Assembly (NCBI GenBank): GCA_027325115.1
Contig: DAHWFG010000348.1
Location: forward strand, 1 to 60,202
Length of the DNA: 60,202 nt
Reading direction: 5' to 3'
DNA from: Isosphaeraceae bacterium
Lineage (GTDB): Bacteria; Planctomycetota; Planctomycetia; Isosphaerales; Isosphaeraceae
Shown: positions 54,688 through 60,202 of the stretch, one piece after another
Layout: each line of letters opens with the position of its first letter
Position numbering within the stretch: position 1 is the stretch's first letter
Program-made: the position numbers and the translations under genes
The notes under the pieces: model-generated
The model's database searches: none
Seen by the model: the letters and a program-made list of their open reading frames with translations, nothing else
Told to the model about the DNA's origin: nothing

Positions 54688-55287
54688 CTAAAGCACCCCT
54701 TTGGTCGATGGAACCGAGGTCGAGCGGGGATCGCGTTCGACCGCGTCGCGAAGTGCGCGGGCGATCCCCTTGAAAATCGCCTCAGCTATGTGATGACTAT
54801 TTTGTCCATAATGGAGATTCACATGAAGGTTCAATTTGGCCGTGGTCGCGACGGCGTGCCAGAATTCGGCGACGAGTTCGGAATCGAAATCGCCGATCTT
54901 GGCGGCGGGTATCGGCGCATGCCAAACCCGGTAAGCCCTCCCCGACAGATCGACCGCGCAGGAAACGAGCGTCTCGTCCATCGGCAAAAGCGCATGCCCG
55001 TAGCGCCGGATCCCGGCTTTATCGCCGAGCGCGCGTTCGATCGCCGTCCCGAGGCAAATGCCGATGTCTTCGGTCGAGTGGTGCGCATCGACGTGAAGAT
55101 CTCCGAGGCATCGCACGTTGAGGTCGAACAGCGCGTGCCGGGCGAATAGCTCGAGCATATGATCGAGAAAACCGATCCCCGTGGCGAGATCGCAACGACC
55201 TTCGCCGTCGAGAGAGAGGGTGAGTTTGATTTCGGTTTCGCGTGTTTTACGCTGGATTTCGGCGGATCGCGCCGGCGCCGGAGTCAT
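54688..55287 (-). CDS. hisB: Imidazoleglycerol-phosphate dehydratase
   Basis: RKTRETEIKLTLSLDG, GIGFLDHMLELFARH, DAHHSTEDIGICLG and GQNSHHIAEAIFKGIARALRDA are canonical HisB motifs. Confidence 0.92.
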   Translation of the reverse strand: MTPAPARSAEIQRKTRETEIKLTLSLDGEGRCDLATGIGFLDHMLELFARHALFDLNVRCLGDLHVDAHHSTEDIGICLGTAIERALGDKAGIRRYGHALLPMDETLVSCAVDLSGRAYRVWHAPIPAAKIGDFDSELVAEFWHAVATTAKLNLHVNLHYGQNSHHIAEAIFKGIARALRDAVERDPRSTSVPSTKGVL

Positions 55288-55524
55288 ATCAATCGCCTTT
55301 TAGGAAACGAGACCTCGGCGTCGCCGCACGGCGGACGTCGGTTCGTCGCTCGTCAGTATAGCATGAACCAATCGCGCGGTCGCGTCGCCACGGCGATTTC
55401 GATCGTCGATCGCTCCTCCGTATCCGGTCGCATCACCCCGCGACGATGCGACCGCGAGGCGCGAACGACGCCGCGGCTCAATCCATATATTCCAATAGAT
55501 TTGCACTACTTTCAGATCTTTGTA

Positions 55525-57312
55525 TTAGAATCGCCAAATAAACGGAATAATCGCGCAAGCGGAGATCCACATCAGAAGATTCAGGGGCAAGCCGACGCGG
55601 ACGAAATCGGAGAACCGATATCCCCCTGGTCCGTACACCATCATGTGCGTTTGGTAGCCGATCGGCGAGGCGAACGCGAACGACGCCGCGAGCGCCACCG
55701 CGATCGCGAACGGCCGCGACGACACGTCGAGCACTCTCGCCGTTTCAATCGCCAGCGGAAACGCCAGCACCGCCGCGGCGCTGTTCGTAATCAGCTCGTT
55801 TAAAAGCATCGTACCCAGATAAATCGCCGCGAGCGTCGCGGTCGGCCCGAATGGACGTGTGCCAATTACTAAGACATGAGCAAATTGACGAGCGATCCCC
55901 GTCTTTTCGATCGCGACTCCCAGGCCGAACGCCGAAGCGATCGTCAGCAACGTCGTCCATTCGACCGTTTTTCGCGCCTCCGCGGCGGAAATGCAGCGGG
56001 TCGCCACCATCAACCCCGCGGCGAGGAACGCGAGCAGCACCGGCTCGGCGACTCCCGCGGCCATCGCCGCAATCAAACCTCCCAGCACAGCGATCGAAAT
56101 CCACGCGCGTTCGCGCCTCAGCGGACGCGAGTTTTCGACGTCGCTCACCAAATAAAAGTCGGGATTATTGCGATAAGCGCGGGAAAAATGCGCTCCCGTT
56201 TGAAGCAGCAACGTATCCCCTGCGCGAAGCACAATCTCGCCAATCTTATTCGTCAACCGCGATCCGTTGCGATGCACCGCGACGACCGCGGCGTCGTATA
56301 ACGACCGGAAATCGGCGTTCCGAACATCCTTGCCGATCAAAGGCGAGGTCGCGCTGATCACCGCCTCGCACATCCGTCTACCCCGCCGCGATGTCGGCGA
56401 AAGATCGTACGATTCGTCCGCAGCCGGAATGAAACCGGGAATCTTTTCCAGATCAACAATCGTACCTACAATACCTGTGAATATAAGCCGATCATTCGCC
56501 TGCATCACCTCGTCGGGACGCGCCGGAGCGATGATTTCTTCGCCCCGGTCGATTTCAATCAAAAAGAGCCCGGGCAACTGGCGCAGCCCCGCGGTTTCAA
56601 CCGTTTGGCCGATCAGCCGGCACCCCGGTGTCACTTTCATCTCCACCAGATATTCGCGCCGCGATTCGCCCAGTTGTTCGATCAGTTCCTTGCGGTCGGG
56701 AAGCAGTTTGCGGCCGATCGTCAGCATATATACCACGCCGATTAGCGCGCAGGGAACCGCGGCTAAGCTGATCTCGAACAGGCTCATGCCGGGCATCTTC
56801 GCTTTTGTCATCAGCCCGTTCACGACCAGATTCGTGCTCGTGCCGATCAGCGTGCACGCTCCGCCGAGGATCGTCAAGAATGATAAAGGAATCAACAATT
56901 TCGAAGGCGATATATGCCGCTTACGACACCAATCGAGCACGATCGGCATCAGCATCGCCACGATCGGCGTGTTGTTTAACACCGCCGAAAGAGGCAGAAC
57001 GAGCATCGTCAGGCGCGAGAGTGCGCCGATCTCGGTTTTGATGTTCCCCATGAACCGATGACCGACCCAATCGAGAACCCCCGTCTCATGAAGCCCCGCG
57101 ACGACGACGAATAACGCGGCCACCTCCAGGACCGACTCGTTCGAGAATCCCGCGAACGCCTCTTCGAGCGTGATCACCCGACAGAGCCCGAGAATAACGA
57201 TCGCCCCCATGAAGAGGACGTCGGGAGGCGCGAGCTCACGCGCCAGCGCGTAAAGAATCATCAAGGTCATCACGACCGTGATCCAGGGCTTCCAAAGTTC
57301 ATAATCCATCAC
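55525..57312 (-). CDS. SLC13/DASS-family anion permease with two central TrkA-C (RCK_C) domains
   Basis: It has hydrophobic N- and C-terminal halves. The two RCK_C-like blocks are VEMKVTPGCRLIGQTVETAGLRQ..FLIEIDRGEE and CEAVISATSPLIGKDVRNADFRSLYDAAVVAVHRNG. Confidence 0.8.
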   Translation of the reverse strand: MMDYELWKPWITVVMTLMILYALARELAPPDVLFMGAIVILGLCRVITLEEAFAGFSNESVLEVAALFVVVAGLHETGVLDWVGHRFMGNIKTEIGALSRLTMLVLPLSAVLNNTPIVAMLMPIVLDWCRKRHISPSKLLIPLSFLTILGGACTLIGTSTNLVVNGLMTKAKMPGMSLFEISLAAVPCALIGVVYMLTIGRKLLPDRKELIEQLGESRREYLVEMKVTPGCRLIGQTVETAGLRQLPGLFLIEIDRGEEIIAPARPDEVMQANDRLIFTGIVGTIVDLEKIPGFIPAADESYDLSPTSRRGRRMCEAVISATSPLIGKDVRNADFRSLYDAAVVAVHRNGSRLTNKIGEIVLRAGDTLLLQTGAHFSRAYRNNPDFYLVSDVENSRPLRRERAWISIAVLGGLIAAMAAGVAEPVLLAFLAAGLMVATRCISAAEARKTVEWTTLLTIASAFGLGVAIEKTGIARQFAHVLVIGTRPFGPTATLAAIYLGTMLLNELITNSAAAVLAFPLAIETARVLDVSSRPFAIAVALAASFAFASPIGYQTHMMVYGPGGYRFSDFVRVGLPLNLLMWISACAIIPFIWRF

Positions 57313-57587
57313 GCGGTCGGCTCTCGATCTCTCATGGCGGCCGGCGTCGTGGACCGCGCGGCTTCGACTGTCAATCGGGTCAATTCACGCCCAAACCGCC
57401 ACGACGCGATGTCGACGGTTTCGGTGTGCTCTCGATCAATCCGAGACGCAACATCTTTATAGCGTGAAATCGCCGAGATCGGATCGAGTTTCGGCAAGAA
57501 AGTAAAAAATCGGATCGAGCGAGGGCGGCTGATTGTAAGGATTCAAGCAATCGTGTTCGGGTCGCGGCTTGCTTTCGATAGCTCGCT

Positions 57588-59702
57588 TCAAGGAGCTTGT
57601 TTTGGGCCGGAAGCGATGATTCCCGCGGTTTGTCGCGCGATCGATTGATCGCGCGAAGTCTCGTTGGTGATGAACGCATAATCGAACAGTTCGAGAAGTC
57701 GACCGACTTGTTCGAGATCGTTCCGAGGAGTCAATTTTTGGGATGAGCCGTTCGGTCGCTCGTTCGAATTCGCACTTTCCCCCTCTCCCTTCGCCTTCGC
57801 GCCCGGCCTTGTTCCCGCGTGATCTTGGGGGCGCCGCGATTGTTCCACAGTTTCGGCGATTCTTTTATCTCGCGGTTTTTGGTCGTTTTCTCCGGAGGCC
57901 GCTGCGCCTTCGATCGCAACATCTTCGGCCTCGCCGGCGCGCCGCGCAATCCAATCATGTAATGATCGGGTGTCGAGAAAAATCAATTGTTCAACCGTGT
58001 TCGGACGCGATCGTCGGAAGCGTTCAAATCGTGAAGTGTTCTCATGATTGTTATCAAAAGCGCATGCGCGTTCGACGATGTCGGCCGTCGAGCCGACGAC
58101 GAAAACCGTTCGATCGCGAGCGAACGCGGGCCTCGCATTTCCTTGGACTCCGTCGATCCGATGTACTTTCGCCGATCCGATCGATCGTTCCGCGAGCTTC
58201 GACGACGGGTCGGTCGTCAGGGCCAAGAAGGCGAGCGTGGATTCCAGCAGATTCTCGATCGCGGCGACCGCGCCGCGGGGCGCTTCCTCGTCGCCGGTCG
58301 TCTGAAGGATCCCCAAAAGTTGAAACGGTAAGTCCGAATCGGAAGCCGAAGCCCGTCGATCGTCGCGGGTTACGCGCGCCGCGGGTTTCGATGATCGCGA
58401 CGAATCCTGATCCGCCTCTTCGCGCGCGTGTTTCGAGGGTCGGTCCAAATCGCGACGCGTCGAAGCTTGATACTCGTTCGCAACAACGATCATTCCCGAT
58501 CGAATCGCGGGGAGGATCGATGTTTTGAGGTCGTTACCGAGCAGCATCCCTTTCACAAACGCGTGACCGAGATCAATCGCCTCGCGCTCGTCGTCGTCGA
58601 GAAGATCGAGCACCGCCGATCCGGTTGCAACCCAATCGATCCGTCCCGCCGCAATCAGCAACGGCTCGCCGGGGATTCGTTTGGAGAGATCGTCAAGTTT
58701 GAATTCGGCGTCGGCCGCGGGGAGGGCGACCTTGGAAGGCTTGACGCGATCGACGATCTCGCGCGCGTCGAGAACCGGGCCTTCGCGCCAAGAGATCGCC
58801 GCAGCGGCGTAACGGATCGGCTCGAGCAACGCGAGCAGAAATCGAATCCCTTTATCGCCGTCGCGATCGATTTTATGTTGCGCTTTCAGCAGTTTTTTCA
58901 AGAACGTCGGCTCGACGAAAATTTGGATCAAAGAATCGCCGGGTAAGTCGCTTCGAACCGCCTGGAACAACGGGTTATCGCCCAACCCTTTCGGCGCCTC
59001 GCGGTGATCGCGGTCGATCGCGCGCTTCAGCCAGGCTTCGTTGTTGCTCCAAACGAGCGTGCCGCCGGGTAAGATCGCTAAATAATCATCGGGCCGAGTT
59101 CCATTCACGAATGTACGACGCGAATATTCAATTGATCCAATATGTTTTAGATCGATCGAAACGAGCGATTTATCGCGGCGTCGCGCGTCGTTCGCGTTCT
59201 TCACCGCCGATTCGAGGATTTTGAGATTGCGAGCTCGAAGCATGATTAAACCGCGAGGCGCGTCGTGCGGCGCTCCGGGATCGAAAGCGAACGCGGCGAC
59301 GACCGCGTCCCCAAAAACCTCGTCGCGCAAGGTACGCCAGGGATATCCCAAGGAACGTTCGATCTGATCACGCGCCGAGAGGATCTTCGCCCTTCCTTCG
59401 GCTTTCCACCACATGCGCACCATCGGCAATTCACAAAGTCGCTTGACGATCGGCGATTCGAGCACGATCGGCGCCCGCTCGCGAAGATTCTCGACCGTCG
59501 CGACGATCGCCGCGTCGGCGGGCGCCATCCGCAACAATTCGTCCGCGACGCGTCGCGAATCGGCGTCGCCCGACCGAGCGATCGGCGCGAAAAAAAACAA
59601 CGCGGCCCCCAAAAATATCCAGATTCGTGTCGATATCAAAATCGAATTCATCATAATTCTCTTGCGTGATGAAATCGGCGAATTTTCAAATAATGATCGC
59701 AT
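57588..59702 (-). CDS. Large secreted/anchored hypothetical protein with a charged, disordered C-terminal third
   Basis: The signal/anchor is MNSILISTRIWIFLGAALFFFAPIARSG, and possible starts are 59702 or 59654. A globular N-terminal ~450 aa is followed by Arg/Asp/Glu/Ser-rich segments. The ORF track opens at 59939, but that Arg-rich leader looks non-coding. Confidence 0.6.
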   Translation of the reverse strand: MRSLFENSPISSRKRIMMNSILISTRIWIFLGAALFFFAPIARSGDADSRRVADELLRMAPADAAIVATVENLRERAPIVLESPIVKRLCELPMVRMWWKAEGRAKILSARDQIERSLGYPWRTLRDEVFGDAVVAAFAFDPGAPHDAPRGLIMLRARNLKILESAVKNANDARRRDKSLVSIDLKHIGSIEYSRRTFVNGTRPDDYLAILPGGTLVWSNNEAWLKRAIDRDHREAPKGLGDNPLFQAVRSDLPGDSLIQIFVEPTFLKKLLKAQHKIDRDGDKGIRFLLALLEPIRYAAAAISWREGPVLDAREIVDRVKPSKVALPAADAEFKLDDLSKRIPGEPLLIAAGRIDWVATGSAVLDLLDDDEREAIDLGHAFVKGMLLGNDLKTSILPAIRSGMIVVANEYQASTRRDLDRPSKHAREEADQDSSRSSKPAARVTRDDRRASASDSDLPFQLLGILQTTGDEEAPRGAVAAIENLLESTLAFLALTTDPSSKLAERSIGSAKVHRIDGVQGNARPAFARDRTVFVVGSTADIVERACAFDNNHENTSRFERFRRSRPNTVEQLIFLDTRSLHDWIARRAGEAEDVAIEGAAASGENDQKPRDKRIAETVEQSRRPQDHAGTRPGAKAKGEGESANSNERPNGSSQKLTPRNDLEQVGRLLELFDYAFITNETSRDQSIARQTAGIIASGPKQAP

Positions 59703-59710
59703 GGATATCC

Positions 59711-60202
59711 TCAGACGCCTTCGTCGTTCGCTCGTCGCTCGACGTCTTGATGCGGGTTCGGGTTCGTGTTGGAATCGAGCAAGAATCCGAAGGCGCGACG
59801 AGCCGGACTTGAAAGCGGCTCGACTCCCGCCTGCACACCGTCGCCCAGTTTGCGCCAAAACTTCGACGCCGATCGGCCGAGCGAAACGCGTTCGACGACC
59901 CGGTGCGAATCGAGTTCGACGGCGTTCGTTCGGAACCATTCCCCGCCGAGACGCGCCGCGGGCGCCGAAGCTAGCCGCGCCAGTTCGAGCGTCGCCGACG
60001 TCGCTTCGGCGATCGAATCCTCTCCAAGAGGCGCCACCGCGTTCGAAACGCGCCCAACCGTCGCGGGTTTTGATATGTCATCATTAATAAACGCTGTTTT
60101 GCTTTGTTGATCCTTGATATGATGCGGCCCGGCTTGGAATTGGAACGTCGCGACGACCGCGACCAGCACGCCCGCGGCCGCGGCCACAACGATCGCCCAG
60201 GG
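59711..60202 (-). CDS. Hypothetical membrane-anchored protein, 5'-partial (start beyond the right edge)
   Basis: The frame is open to the window end and reads PWAIVVAAAAGVLVAVVATFQFQ, a TM helix. The stop at 59711 is 8 nt before the next gene's start. Confidence 0.5.
   Translation of the reverse strand, partial: PWAIVVAAAAGVLVAVVATFQFQAGPHHIKDQQSKTAFINDDISKPATVGRVSNAVAPLGEDSIAEATSATLELARLASAPAARLGGEWFRTNAVELDSHRVVERVSLGRSASKFWRKLGDGVQAGVEPLSSPARRAFGFLLDSNTNPNPHQDVERRANDEGV

Noticed and set aside
57588-59939. Full 783-aa version of the ORF, starting at 59939
   Set aside because: The first ~80 residues are Arg-rich with no signal. A Met followed by a classic hydrophobic signal/anchor occurs at 59702/59654, so the shorter form was called.

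Overview
This is a high-GC bacterial chromosomal window, roughly 60% G+C by eye. Its gene content points to Planctomycetota/PVC: a PVC-type CxxCH heme-binding protein, a DUF1080 protein, hpnCDE, FliW-CsrA and many secreted low-complexity proteins. I can support about 55 protein-coding genes. By eye I found no rRNA, tRNA, CRISPR array, transposase or integrase. The centrepiece is a 13-gene, ~9.8-kb minus-strand operon (22993-32818) encoding a bacterial microcompartment (BMC). It contains a DeoR regulator, a PduL phosphotransacylase, three BMC-H shell genes, acetate kinase, three BMC-P vertex genes, an acylating aldehyde dehydrogenase and a class II (FucA/RhaD-like) aldolase. This matches the PVM-type metabolosome known for fucose/rhamnose (lactaldehyde) catabolism. 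Two further enzymes sit at the distal end, the last joined to the operon by an 8-nt overlap: an LDH/MDH-family dehydrogenase and a class-I-aldolase-like TIM-barrel protein. Both carry long Ser-rich C-terminal tails, and this is the part I regard as least described. Nearby genes fit a polysaccharide-to-BMC supply chain: a PL11-like rhamnogalacturonan lyase, a Gfo/Idh/MocA oxidoreductase, an AGE epimerase and DUF1080. Other content:
- the hpnCDE squalene operon and fliW-csrA, flanked by a Ser/Thr kinase (zinc ribbon, large activation-loop insert) and an FHA protein
- a Wza-like exporter next to two secreted low-complexity proteins
- an Hsp70/DUF2760 cluster and an ABC-2 double permease with no ATPase gene in the window
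- housekeeping genes mutM and hisB
- a ~1.5-kb gene-poor, lower-GC stretch (38191-39680)
The whole window is visibly enriched in the HIP1-like palindrome GCGATCGC and its CGATCG core. All calls rest on manual reading of the ORF track and sequence; no searches were run, so family names are motif-based and several start codons are my own choice.
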